Assembly: GCA_951406725.2 (NCBI GenBank)
Contig: OX597824.1
Coordinates: 4,154,001 to 4,218,000 of the forward strand
DNA: 64,000 nucleotides
Source: Octopus vulgaris
Taxonomy: Eukaryota
Direction: 5' to 3'
Position numbers and translations under genes: made by a program. The notes beneath the pieces were generated by a model, which made no database searches, had not been told where the DNA came from, and saw only the letters and a program-made list of their open reading frames with translations. Positions 39,536-53,072 of the stretch are shown here, in pieces; position 1 is the first letter of the stretch; the number at the start of each line of letters is the position of its first letter.

Positions 39536-40504
39536 GAAAAAAAAAAGAGAATTCTCTTCTATGGTATTTATTTATTACAGATTTTTTCATCCATTTATTT
39601 ACATTTGACAAATATCTGTCAAATGTAAATAATGTAAATAATGCACGTAATTCCTCATCTCTTAAATATAAAACTGTATTCTACATCGATGTCGTCCGAA
39701 TAAATACCACTGTCCACTCTGAGTTATTTGTCTTTGCTCATGTTCCTTTTAATTATGCAAATGACCATAGGTCATTAATACTTTCTACTCTTTTTGCATA
39801 TGTTTGAAGTTTATGTCTATCTGGAATCAAGAGAGGACAATACTCTTGAGGAGTATCTTTGGATGCAGGCTGGCATGGGTTGGATGGTGAGGTTGACCAC
39901 TATAAACAGGACTGAAGAACTTTCTCTATCTTGTGCCAGTTCTTATTGGGAGTTACTACTCTCTTAGATGGCTAACCTGTGATATAACTTGCTGAGTTCA
40001 CCTTTGGTTGTGCATTCTATTGAGGTAGAGAAAGAGGAGAACCTTACCTACAAAGATGGGGATCCGATCCATTTCCATTCAGAATGGTGATTCTGAAGGT
40101 GGAGTGTAATGATATTTCGGTGGGGCATAGCAGTAGTTTATTGAAATAGGGTGTAGTAAAAGAAATGGTTGAGAAGTACTGGTATAGAGGTTGTCCTCTA
40201 TTTAATGGGTAGAGATAGGGACAACGCTATCTTAAAGGATGGGCACATCGAGCAGTTTTGGGCCTCAGTGCTAATCTATGCAGGCTCTGGTTGTGCATGT
40301 AGGGGCCCCAGGGTATTGCTTTGCTCAGGAACCTATAATGCTGTTAAGATGATATATATCCTGGTTGGAAGTGAAACTATCTCCATAATGTAATATAGAA
40401 AAGAGGGCACCCCAGACTCTCTTGAGAGGTTGTATCATAGCATTTGATTGAAATGGTGGGCAGGAGGCTGTACCAATCCCATTTCGGTATATTGAAATAT
40501 GGCC

Positions 40505-40657
40505 ACAGCATCAGGAAGGGCACCCAGCCATAGCAACCTTGCCAAATCAAATCAGAACCTGATGCAGCTCCCCCCATCCACCGGGCTTACCAGTTTTTAG
40601 TCAAACCATCCAGCCCATGCCAGCATGGAAAACAGACATTAAATGATGATGATGATG
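40505..40657 (+). mobile_element. RTE-tail SINE/LINE 3' end with (TGA)n
   Basis: ggaagggcacccagcc...cccatgccagcatggaaaacagacattaaa(tga)n. Confidence 0.8.
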
Positions 40658-41105
40658 AAAGAGGTACAGAAAAAGAAAAATGGACAGAGATAGGGTAGAT
40701 ATAGACAGAGGGAGTGGGGGGGGGAAAACTAGACTACAAAATACGCAGAGATTATTGATAAAACTTCAAATTAGATGAGATTAAATTAAAAAAAGATCTT
40801 ATTGTGCTTCTTGAAAAATTACACTTTTAGTTATTTACCTGAAAAGTTGCTGGTCAAATATTCACCTGTTCACCAGCTGTGATTTTGAAACTCAGACAGT
40901 CTGCTGCTGTTTTCGATTTAAGCATACACGTGGATGTGAGGTGGGTGGCATGGATAAATAGATATGAACATGGACACACAATTACACACACACACACACA
41001 CACATATTTATACACACATTAACATATGTCGAAATATGAAACTGGCGTAGTGACATATCCAAAACCCAGCTTTGAATAAATAAATATGCATATATATACA
41101 TATGC

Positions 41106-41160
<55 letters not shown>

Positions 41161-41167
41161 CATATAA

Positions 41168-41204
<37 letters not shown>

Positions 41205-41205
41205 C

Positions 41206-41236
<31 letters not shown>

Positions 41237-41257
41237 CATACATATACATATATATAC

Positions 41258-41446
41258 ATTATCATCATCATCATCATCATCGTTTAGCGTCCGCTTTCCA
41301 TGCTAGCATGGGTTGGACGGGTCAACTGGGGTCTGTGAAGCTGGAAGGCTTCGTCAGGCCCAGTCAGATCTGGCAGTGTTTCTACGGCTGGATGCCCTTC
41401 CTAATGCCAACCACTCCGCGAGTGTAGTGGGTGTTTTTTACGTGCC
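41258..41446 (-). mobile_element. RTE-tail SINE/LINE 3' end with (TGA)n
   Basis: (cat)n cgtttagcgtccgctttccatgctagcatgggttgg...ggatgcccttcctaatgccaaccac. Confidence 0.8.
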
Positions 41447-41482
41447 ATATACATATATATATATATATATACATATATATAC

Positions 41483-41513
<31 letters not shown>

Positions 41514-42066
41514 CATATATATACATATATATACATATATATATATATATATACATATATATACATATATACATATACATATATATATATATATATATAT
41601 ACATATATACACACATGTATCATGTATGCGGGTATGTATGTAGAGAGAGAGAGACACACACATACACGTTGTATATATATGTATATATAAATTCATGAAT
41701 ACATACAGATATGCATTTGTATGTGCATTGTCTTTTGCATCTTGCATGCAGGTGTGTGCGTGTGTGTGTGTGCGTGCGTGTGTGTGCGTGTGTGTGTGTG
41801 TGTGTGCACATGCACATATCTGTATTTATACTCACAATTACAGGTATGCTCCTTTCCTGTTTGCATTTGCTTACCAAAAATATCCTGGAGTATCAAACGG
41901 CAGAAAGTGGTGTACGCATTCATTCGCTCGCACGTGTACACGCACAATCTTACATGTGTGTCTGTGTGCATGTTAGGAGACTTGTTTTATCTCCAACTAC
42001 AAAGGGTTACAAGATTTATGCTGTTTCCCTCTCTCTCTCTCAGATACATAAATATATATGCGTGTG

Positions 42067-42108
<42 letters not shown>

Positions 42109-42620
42109 AATACACATATATGTACATGTGTACACACATACGTATACACACACACAAATGCATGCATATACTTGCATGTTTATAAATAAATAAATAAATA
42201 AATAAATAAATATACATATATATAGATATATGTATGTGTATATGCCAATTTCTACAGAAAAACGGGTGTATTGAGTACAGTGCACCCTGGGTAAAAGAAA
42301 AAAAATCAATAGTAGATGCTGAAAGCTTGAAGATCCATTCCTCAGATGTTGGATGTGGATCAATAGATCAGCGACAAAGGCAATATGATTGCATGTGATC
42401 AGCCTTCAAACACAGAGGCATACACGACATATACATATAAACACACATCAATAGTTAATTTGCACATGCATCCTTTCGTAAATGCGTGCACACGTTTAAG
42501 TACGTTTCCATAAACAAGCGCACAGAAATTTATACACATGTGTACAAATGCAAATTTATACAAATACATTCCCCCATACACACACACACACACACACATT
42601 AACATACTCACACACATAAG

Positions 42621-42659
<39 letters not shown>

Positions 42660-43849
42660 GAGTTTATGCTTATATGTAGAAATAGAAGTATAAGCATGCA
42701 TGAAGAAAAGCAGACACAGAGAAATGATCACTGGGAATTAAATATGTGATATCGCACGCACATACGGAAGAATATAACATACTGTTACCCGGGTATGTAC
42801 GCAGACAATAGAACAAACAAACACACAGACATGTCAAGCACGTACTTAAGCACTTATGTACACATATGACCAGCACTTTTGCACACAAAAGCACTTAATA
42901 TATATACACATACGTACACAAATATATTGTGATATGTTTGTACATACATTCAATCACATTAAAAAACATATATAAAAATACACATGCATACATACATATG
43001 TGCATACATACATACATATGTATGTATATATACACATACATACATATAAGTAATAATTTTATATTTGAGTATGCATATATTGTAGCATTATGTTTAAAGC
43101 CTGTTCACAATATCCGGCTACCTGATGTTATCAACAGAATAGAGGTTCATTATATCTCAGTTCTTTGTGTGGTGGGGACAAATGCAGACAAAAAAGACAC
43201 ACACACACACACACACGTGATTTGTGATTAAAGCCTGTTCATTCCATCTTCTTGTTTTATAAATTCATATATATGTAAATATATATACCCATGCCAGCGT
43301 GGTAGGTGGATGTTAAACGATGATAATGACAATGATGATGATGATGATGAATATGTATACGATGGGCTTCTTTCAGTTTCTATTTACCAAATCCACTGAA
43401 AAGGCTTTGGTTGTCATGTATCTATAGTAGAAGATGCTTCCCCAATGTGCCACACAGTGGAGCTGAACCCACACAGCCATGCCTAATAAATTTACTTTTA
43501 AATGTTACTGTTGTAAAAAAAAAATTCCCATTCATTTCATATTACACCATCCAGATTTACCTTTATAATATCACATTTCAAAAAATTATCCTCTATAGTT
43601 TGACTAAATAATGAATAAAGCCACCATTTACAGCTCAAGTTTACTCTATAATCTTCAAACTGACCATAACATAATAAGTTTGAGAGTATACAGGGTGCCT
43701 CTTGTGTGTCACTGGCCCAGGTGCCTTTTATGTGACACCAGCATGAGTGCACTTTACAGGGCACTGACACCTAACAAGATAAAGACCTCTCAGCTGGGAG
43801 AGGGAAAGAAGGGCACGGCCATAAAGGACATGCCTGTATGTATGGATGG

Positions 43850-44028
43850 CCACGATTTTACATGGCTTGACATGTCTTCTCAATTACCAAATGTTTCAGT
43901 CCCTTGTCATCTCACAGTGAGGCCCAGCATCTGAAGATCCTTTCTCACCACTTCCTCCCATGTCTTCCTGGGTCTACCCCTTCCACATGTCCCCCTCCAC
44001 AATTACAGAACAGCACTTCTTTATGCAG
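43850..44028 (-). mobile_element. RTE-clade LINE ORF C-terminal remnant
   Basis: Minus strand encodes ...CGRGRPRKTWEEVVRKDLQMLGL, the typical RTE C-terminal GRPRK.W...V..DL motif. Confidence 0.75.
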
Positions 44029-44385
44029 TTTTATATAAAGTTTAGCATAATATAATGTTTAGGTTTATCAAATAATTTTAGATTTATTGAATAAAGTTTC
44101 AAGTCCAAGCATGGGTGTGTAGTTACGAAACCTACTTTGAAACAATGAGGTTCCAGGTTTGATCCCACTGTGTGGCACCTTGGGCAAATATTTTCAAACA
44201 AAGCTTGGGGTAAGCTAAAACTTTGTGAGTGAAGCTTCATGGATGGAAACTGTGCAGAAACCTGCCTCACACCCATAGAGATTTTGGTAGAATGGGAGAA
44301 ACTGAACTCAATACATGAGTGTATATACGTGTGTGTATGTATGTATGTAAAATGAATCTCCACCAACTATTCTGCCTATTCATCT

Positions 44386-44640
44386 GTGCACACTTTTGAA
44401 TGCAATGAATGCCAGAAGGTTTGCAAATCCAATGGAGGCCTCAAAAGACATTTTAAGATCCACAAAGATCTGAACTTATCTGTAGCTCTTGGTGGTCCAA
44501 ATTGGATATGCAGTCTATGTGGGTGTCTTTTCATAATATTGTCTGATTTAAAAAGCCACATCAGTAGCCATAATGGTTCTAAGGTGTAGGTACAGGAGGT
44601 AGTCAAACTCTGCATGAGGAGTAGACAACTACCATGTATG
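44386..44640 (+). mobile_element. Isolated segment encoding two C2H2 zinc fingers; probable 5'-truncated LINE 3' end
   Basis: FECNECQKVCKSNGGLKRHFKIH and WICSLCGCLFIILSDLKSHISSH, then stop, ~45-nt trailer and a (TATG)/(TG)n tail. No clear splice acceptor or TGEKP linker. Confidence 0.6.
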
Positions 44641-44654
44641 TATATACGTATTTA

Positions 44655-44699
<45 letters not shown>

Positions 44700-45469
44700 G
44701 TACATGTGTATCTAAGTATGTATGCCATCATTCCATTTTATTTCAAGATTTCCTGCCAATAGAGAAAGAATCGGTTTCTAACCAAGATTCAAGGCTCCTT
44801 CATTGGAATTTCAACATCAACAAGAACGGTATTTTTGCTTGCATGTATGTATGTGCAGATTTCTATGTTTTGCTTTATGTGTGTACTCTCATGCAAATAG
44901 TTGCATAGTTGCATATCTAGACATGCACACATATATATATATATAAATGATAAACTTCTGGAAAGTTTTACAGATTTTTACAGTTCCAATGATAAATTGG
45001 ATCTGTCGCTTCTGTTTAGTTTTGGTAGTGTTATGCAGATTAGAACAAACATATTTTCCTGGCAAGTAAGCCAGCCAACCACTGTAAAACAGAAGAATCT
45101 GAGAACACTTGGGATGTTCTTCCACACAACATAAAATTTCTACCATTGTTTGAACTCTTTACTTGCAGCTTTGCCCATAAGGGAACTGAATTCAGTACTG
45201 AAACCCAGTAAAACACTTGCTAATTTATTTTGGGGTGGTCCCTGAAGCTATGAACGTTTTCCATATTCAATGGTTTGGTAGGCTAAAATGTTAAGCAACA
45301 AAAATGGGATTTGCATAGGCAGCACTGGTGTTCCATGCCAATTTACACACACGAGGATGAAACAAAACTAATTGAAGGACTCTGTGAATATTCTATGGTT
45401 AGACAGAAGACCAGTATATTCTGGAACACCACAACTCCACAGATTTTCAAACCTTAAAGTCTGAAAATA

Positions 45470-46128
45470 TGAGGGTGAGTCAAAAAGTAAAGCCATTTTC
45501 TTTATTACATGTGAAGTTTTTGATAAAAATAACTGAAAATTTTCCCAGTTATAAATGATTCTATCATTTACGTTCTGAAATATTTTGTTTCTTACTTTTC
45601 AGGTTTTTAGACCGGTAAGGAAAATTCAAAATGGCTTCCCCCTTAGAGTTACGTCAAAAACAAAGAGCAGTGACTGAATTTCTTGTTGCTGAGGGGGGGG
45701 GGGAAACACCTGAGAACATTCACTGACGATTAGAAAATGTCTTTGAGGAGAATACTTTAGATAATAGCAATGTATGCAGGTGGATCCGTCGTCTGAAAGA
45801 TGAAAAGATGGGAACTGTGAGTGTAGCTGATAAACCCCATTCTGGCCGTCTGTCCGTCCGCTTCTGTGAATCCTGCCAATGAAGCAAAAGCAGATTCTCT
45901 GATCAGAGAAGACAGGCGCTTAACTCTTGATGAGTTGGCAGAAAACCTTGAAGTGAGCCATGGAAGTGCTTACAACATAGTCGAATCACTTGGCTTTTCA
46001 AAAGTGTGTGACCGTTGGGTACCAAGAGAACTAGAGGACCAGCTTCATTTTGATGTATGATACATGTTCCTGTGTTGGTAATTATACCTGTCGTAAACAA
46101 AATGGCATTACTTTTTAACTCACCCTCA
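45470..46128 (+). mobile_element. Internally deleted mariner element with TA target duplications
   Basis: TA|TGAGGGTGAGTCAAAAAGTAA...TTACTTTTTAACTCACCCTCA|TA terminal inverted repeats enclosing a transposase N-terminus. Confidence 0.92.
45631..46035 (+). pseudogene. mariner transposase N-terminal DNA-binding (HTH) region, frameshifted, catalytic domain deleted
   Basis: MASPLELRQKQRAVTEFLVAEG...SGR...LIREDRRLTLDELAENLEVSHGSAYNIVESLGFSKVCDRWVPREL; WVPREL is the mariner WVPHEL motif. Confidence 0.88.
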
Positions 46129-46396
46129 TACAATTACAGTCCCAGAATGATATTTTGGCAACAACGAACACATTAAAAATTTCCACTTTAAAATTTTATC
46201 CTTGTTATAAGTAAATAATTCATTTGGCTCCTGTGCTGGTGGCACGTAAAAAGCACCCACTACACTCTTGGTTGGCATTAGGAACGGCATCCAGCTGTAG
46301 AAACATTGTCAGATCAGATTGGAGCCTGGTGCAGCCTTCTGGCTTCCCAGACCTCAGTCAAACCATCCATCCCATACCAGCATGGAAAATGGACAT

Positions 46397-46437
<41 letters not shown>

Positions 46438-48577
46438 ACTTATTGTTATTTAGTGCTAAACAAATAAAATTTAAAACCAATTAATATAGTTGTATCGTAA
46501 TATATTGATATATAATTAATACAGAGGTTATGGTTTGGGGGGAAGGCCTGGAAGAAACCCGAGTTTTAATCTTTTATTCCCCATTCATTGCTTATTAATT
46601 GTGAATGACTAATCAGAGAATGAAAGGACTAAATGGAGTGGCACTGATGGAGTGTGCTTAGGGAATCAGTTGGTTTTAATCCAACCCTGACAGTAGCTCA
46701 CATTAGAGAGTTAGAGTCTTTTGCAGAGCCAACTCAAAGCTTGGTTGACTTACCTAATCTATGTTGAGTGTCTTGTCAACAGACTTCATCTCATGCCAAA
46801 GACAAACTCTGAAATGCCAACCACTTGCTAGGTTGACTGGCACTCTGCTGCTTTGGCCATTTTCACTTCCATGTATCATGGTTTCTGAGGACAATTGTAC
46901 AGGATAGACTAGCATCCCATTTAGAAGGATATCTTTCTTTCATCTCCATAACTCAACTGAAAATATAATCAAAATCCTACCCCAACAGTGTTTGGGTTCA
47001 TGAAAAAGTCAACTTATTTACAAACCAAATAAACAATTTTCTCATCCATAACCAAGAGTTTAGACTCTATTGAAAATGATAATACTGAGATCCTGGTTTC
47101 CAATTGTGTCACATTCATTCTGTTACTTTGCTGTTTTTACCACAATAAACACCCAACTATTATGAATGATAGCTCTCAGTGATTCACACAAGCCAACGGA
47201 GGGAGCTGCTATATGGTCACTTGACCTGCTAGAAATAGTTACTAAATCTCCCTCAAATCACACCCTGTAATTTAAAAAGAAAGGCAGAAATGGAAATTAT
47301 AATATACATCTAGATATATAAAAAAAATGGGATGGCCATGACTAGACCGCTGCTTATCATATGTCTGAGCTAAACAACTGAAATGTACTTATGGTACCCA
47401 ACTTTTAAACTGGACAGCAACTAACCTTTAAATTCTAAATGTTCTTTAAGGAGTATAATATTTTTTTACTGCCCGTGTGATCTCTCTAAATACCAAGCTG
47501 GAACTATTGTAATAAACTAAAGCAATGAAAGATCTTCTTCTAAGGAGTCATTCAACACGCTAGAAATAACAATCAAATTTCATTCAAATTACACTTAACT
47601 GCCTTATATAAAGGTATTGTGATCCTAGATATGTCATGTCTGAAAGAGAAAAAGATGGGTTGACTAAACAACAATAATTATGTTGTAATAAACTGCACAA
47701 ACCTAAGACATTCCAAAATAAACTTTGCTTTGAGAGGGTCACCCATCCTGTTGGTTGTGTCCAATACCATTACAGATGGGTCATAATGATAGAGTAAAAA
47801 ACTGAAATGAGACAAACAACTCCTTCCAGCTATTATCAACACTAATTTTAGCAAATGACCAATCAACACCACCACCAACACCACCACCACAACCACCACC
47901 GCTGCCTCCACCGCCACTGCCATCACCACTATTTCTGTCTTTAGCAAAACTATCCCCCCCTCTCTTTTATTGGTAACTGTGTCCACCAATACCACCGACA
48001 ACAATGGTAGCACTTCAATAGTCATTATTCAACCCTTAATTAACAAAATGACCTCTTGTCCCACACAACAACCAACAGCCACCACCACCCCCACCACCAA
48101 ACATAATCTCTCTTGCTACCACCTTTTAACAGCAAGTTTAACTGCTCCCTTCACTATGACTAACCTCACCACCACTACCATTACCACCACCACCACCACC
48201 ACCACCATCACCACCACCTCCAGTACCAAATGACCAGCCAAACATAGCAATCAATTCTGTCAAATACCTGTCCAATATGATTCACAAGTCAACCATTCTT
48301 GTTTAAATTTAGTCTTCCTTTTTGGTACCTCCTACTTTTCCTCACTTTTTTCTCCTGTCTTCTATTAATCCTACCCCCACCCACCATCACCATCCCACCC
48401 ATTATATTTCTATAACTTTCTTGTTCTTAAATCTCCACCCCCCACTTACTGTATTCCTCCAACACATGTCATTACACACGAACACATACACACTCACTTG
48501 TATGTATGTATGCATGCATGTTTGTATATATGTATGCATGTATGCATGTGTGTGTGTGTATATATACATATATATAC

Positions 48578-48635
<58 letters not shown>

Positions 48636-49171
48636 CACCCTCATTTATTAATTTTACCTTATAGTCACCTATATTATAATGTATTTAAAATATATTAATA
48701 TATTATTATATCTTATTGTATGTTGCTATATATATATGCACACACACATAATTGCACCTCTCTCTCTTCTCATTCTATCTATCTATATGTATATATATCT
48801 ATATGTATATATATATATATAATACACGTGTACATATATATAGTTAAAAGAAGAAAAGGAAATGGAGATAAGGAAGTTAACAATTATTCATTATTAACAA
48901 ATTGCTCATCTCTTTGCTCTAAATCCTTTATTCTATTTTCTCATTTACCCACCTCTTATTCTCATATCAGTTATATCAAACTACCCCCTTTCTCGTTTTT
49001 ACTGTAAATCTTTCTCTCTGTTTCTACAATTTCACTTCCCCCCATCTCGTTTATTGCTAATTAGTCTATGTTTTTGGGCTTTTGAAGACTGAGTTGCAAT
49101 AAGCCAGAATATTTGATAATCCAGCATTACCCAGGTATTAAGGGAGCCAGATTAGCAGAATGTACACTTCA

Positions 49172-49204
<33 letters not shown>

Positions 49205-49639
49205 CAGAGAGAGACAGAGAGAGAAGTAATACTTCTATGTTGTAGCAAGACATGTTAGAGACAGCTGCAAATTTTCCCTTGAATTATACCCTTGTCTCAT
49301 TACAACACCCAGACATTGCTGGGTGGGTGGCTCTGCCAGTGGTGGTCATATCTCTTTTGACAAGCTCTATGCAGGTAACTCTCTCATGCACCATGCTACA
49401 GGTAAGAATCTAGCAGGTAATTTGTATAACACCCACAAAAGAAAAAACATAAATAATAAAAATGGTTTCTAATTTCAGCGCAAGATGAACAATTTTTAGC
49501 AGATACCACCAACCCCATTTCATGACTGGTACTTGATCTCATTGACCTCAAAAATGATGTAAAGCAAAGTTGTCTGCAGCAAGATTAGATATTGGAGCAC
49601 AAAGACAAATTATAACAATAATAATAGTTGTTGTCATGA

Positions 49640-49900
49640 TGCATCATGGCCAGTTATGTTTTACATCTGGTTTTCCATACCTGCATGGGTTAGCTGGGTT
49701 GTCTTCAGCCCAGCATTTTGCATCCTCTTGGAGCACTTTGTCATCCCTGTCATGAGCTTCAGTATCTTAAGGTCATTTTGCACCAATTCTTCCCACAACT
49801 TCCTCAACTTACATCTTGCACAGATTCCTTCTCCTTGAATCACCTTTATTCAACTGCCATCTTTCATATGTCTACAACAGCACAGGCTTCTCTCTTGTAC
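49640..49900 (-). mobile_element. Decayed RTE-clade LINE 3' end
   Basis: GEGICARCKLRKLWEELVQNDLKILKL followed by the acccatgc..g.atggaaaac tail motif. Confidence 0.6.
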
Positions 49901-52498
49901 ATTGAGGCTGGATCATTTTATACTGATGTCCCCACCCCTCAGCTAATTTCTGCTTCCTTATTGAAGCATGCAATGAAACCATATTTCAGCAGAACCAAAT
50001 TCCCTAATTCTTTCAGCCATCAATCCAGCACTGCCTCAACTTACTTCATGTGATAATCTCTATCATTGTTATTGAGGAAGTCTTTAGCATAGTAGGACTG
50101 GATCTTGCTGTGAAGCAGCTCTGTCACATGACTTTTAGAGCCTCCCCCCCCCTGCAACTTTTTGTTTCAAGGCCACATCCCTTCAATCAAAATTCATAAT
50201 CTACGCACCTTCTATTCATAGCTATATTTTACTTTATTCTATCTGAAGTTCAATATTTTACATTATTCTAAAGGACATCTTTAAAAGTACAAGTTAAATT
50301 TATTTAGGTCTATTACAAATTTCAATCAGTAAAACTTCCAGACATGAATAAAAGAGCAATTTTATAATCCCGGCAACTTTCAAAGACAAACATGGAACAC
50401 TTTTCACTTCACGAAATAATCGATCAGTTCAGAATAATCAAGCTGAGGGATAAGTTTGTGTTCAATTGATATCATAGACAATCCACAAAGTCAGGTACAC
50501 GTTTGTGGTACAATGTGATATTTTACAAGAACTTTTGCAGGTGCAATGTGTTACCATTTTATTTCTTGAAATTTTCAGTTAACATAGAAAGTATAATTCT
50601 TGTTCAACATCTTAACCAAAGCAAATAGATGACTCATCTACGTACTTTGATCTTAACGTGGGGCCCCTCAACCGTGGAGGCCCCCTGTGACTGCAGGGGT
50701 TGCAGGGGCTTAGGGACAGCCCTGCTACTAAGACAAAATAAATATTGTTAAAATAGGTATTGAATTAACAATTTTGGAAGAGGCAGAACCATTGTTTAAA
50801 TTGGCTCCTGTAATGATCAGTTTTTATTTTATTAACCATGGAAAGATTAAAGGCAAAATCAACATCAATCAAATTTGAACCCAAAATGTAGAATGAAACA
50901 ACAGAATACTGTAATGCATTTTGTTTGATGCTCTACCGATTCTACCAAGACTGGGGTAATGGTAGAGTTGGTTGTCATTATTGTACTAATGATAACCACC
51001 ACCACCACCACCGCCGCTGCCCTAAACGTGATTATCAATATCATTGTCATAGTCTTTTGCTATTTTCCATTAATCCTATTCTAGTCCATAGAACAAACAT
51101 AGCAATGCAAACTCTGTAACCTGTCCATTGACATGAAGCCGTGTGTTCTTCTGCCTCTGTAGCAGTGAGTCTGTGTGCACGTGCGTGTGTGTGTGTGTGT
51201 GTGTAGATTTGTAGCTGCTCTAATATTAGAAAGCACCTGACATAATGACTGTTTTCTCTTGGGAAACTGGATTAGAGAAATGTTCTTTTAGAAAGCAAAA
51301 TAGTATGACTAGAAATATGGAAGTAAAAACTAGAGTTTCAAGTAACTTGTGATGCTTGGCATTAATAATAAAAAAGAAAATGGTAATAAAAAAAAAAGGT
51401 AAAAAAAAACCAGAATTGTAAAATTGAACAAATCTTCATATCAGAAAGATGGAAGTGAATTCTAACAATTCCAACAGAATCATTCTTTGAGATAAGAAAT
51501 GAGTGTTGGGAGTAAGAAATTGAAGGAAAGAAGACAATCAGATTGTGAAACAAGTTGAAGAACATCAGAGATGAGAATAAAGTGAGGTGAATGGAATTAT
51601 TATAATACAGATCTGGTTCTTATGGTGGCATAAGTCCTTTGTAAATATTTGTCCTTTAGTCCTAAGTAAGCCCTGACCAAGCAGACCCCTCGTTCAACTT
51701 GTGTGCTAGACTTAAGTTGCTGTCACTTTGCTTAATAGAATTACCTGGCATTTTAGGTTCTTGTAGTAGAGTTCATTCTGTTGAAAGAATTAGGTCTCTG
51801 GTCTGAGGAATTTCCTCCTTTGCACCTACAAGTCTCAGACACCCTGAAAATAGTTATGAGTAAAGTTCCCCTGCCTCTAACCAAGCTATTTTATTCAAAA
51901 GAAATTCAAAACTTAATGATTACATTTCTTTTATCAAAAATAGTGTGGAATAGAACTAAATTAGTGTGTTCTTTTTTTAAATTGGAAAGCTGTGTTTCAA
52001 GGAAATTTGGTTGCTATCTCTTATCCAGGTGAACACCCACAGATAAACTCTCTTCTTAACTTGCTTCAGTGGACTGTCTCAGATAAGGTGTAGATAATAT
52101 ACAGAAAAAGAAAGAAATTAGAGTATGAAAAGAAGCTAGTAGCACTAGGCATAAAAAAAAATTAATAACAATTGTGAAATTAATTAAGTTTACTTACAAT
52201 GAGAAACGGTTAATTATATCAATTCTGGCAGAACCATTTTTTGAAAAGAAATGAATCAAGAGGGTGCTGAATAGCTGTTAATGTAGTTGGAACTATTTAC
52301 AAAACCATTCAATAGTTTAAAAGCAGCATCAGAAGCTTGGGTGTATAATACATACTTGATAACCGAGAGTATTTATATTTCATTCCTGCTAATCACACCA
52401 CATAGAAACAGGAACTCTGTCTGTCACAGTAAAGAGCAGAAACTCTGAAGAAAAGGGGATGCAAATTAAAGAAGAAACTCTATAGCTATGCCTTAGAC

Positions 52499-52769
52499 CA
52501 GTGGTTCCCAAGATTGTTCAGGCTGCTACACCCTTGATTCTAAGGCCACATTCCTAGTGCCCCCCCCCCACTCACCATCACAGACATAGACTATTTTCTG
52601 TAGTAAATTCAAAACAACTATTTTTCACAAATAAATTTTAACTGAATTAACCCTTTATTTTCTTTGTCTCTTTTGCATCCATTGCCCTGTTTTGGTCACC
52701 CCATAATCGTCCCATTTTTCTTCAACACCACATCCCGGATCTTTCCACCACCCACTTTGGGAACCACTG
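52499..52769. mobile_element. hAT-type MITE 1 with 8-bp TSD CCTTAGAC
   Basis: ccttagac|CAGTGGTTCCCAA...TTGGGAACCACTG|ccttagac. Confidence 0.88.
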
Positions 52770-52777
52770 CCTTAGAC

Positions 52778-53072
52778 CAAAGGTTCTCAACCATTTCTTA
52801 TCTATGGACCCCTTTGATTGCTATTTTATTCTTGTGGACCCTCATAGCCATTCCATGTTTAAAAACAGATACTTCTTTCAAAATTCCTATTTTGTTTTTC
52901 CTCTCATTAATTTCTATAAGTTGAACCATGTAAAATGTTATAAATAGAAACCCAGCTGTTTTTTACAATAAATACCAATACATACATCTAAAACAAACTT
53001 TTTACAAGAGCCCTCAAAATACTATTTTGGATCCCCAATTTACTATTTTGTTGCGTGGACCCCTAAAAATTG
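52778..53072. mobile_element. hAT-type MITE 2 sharing the same TSD; right TIR largely lost
   Basis: Starts CAAAGGTTCTCAACC, carries repeated tggacccc subterminal motifs and is followed by a third ccttagac (53073-53080). Confidence 0.7.
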
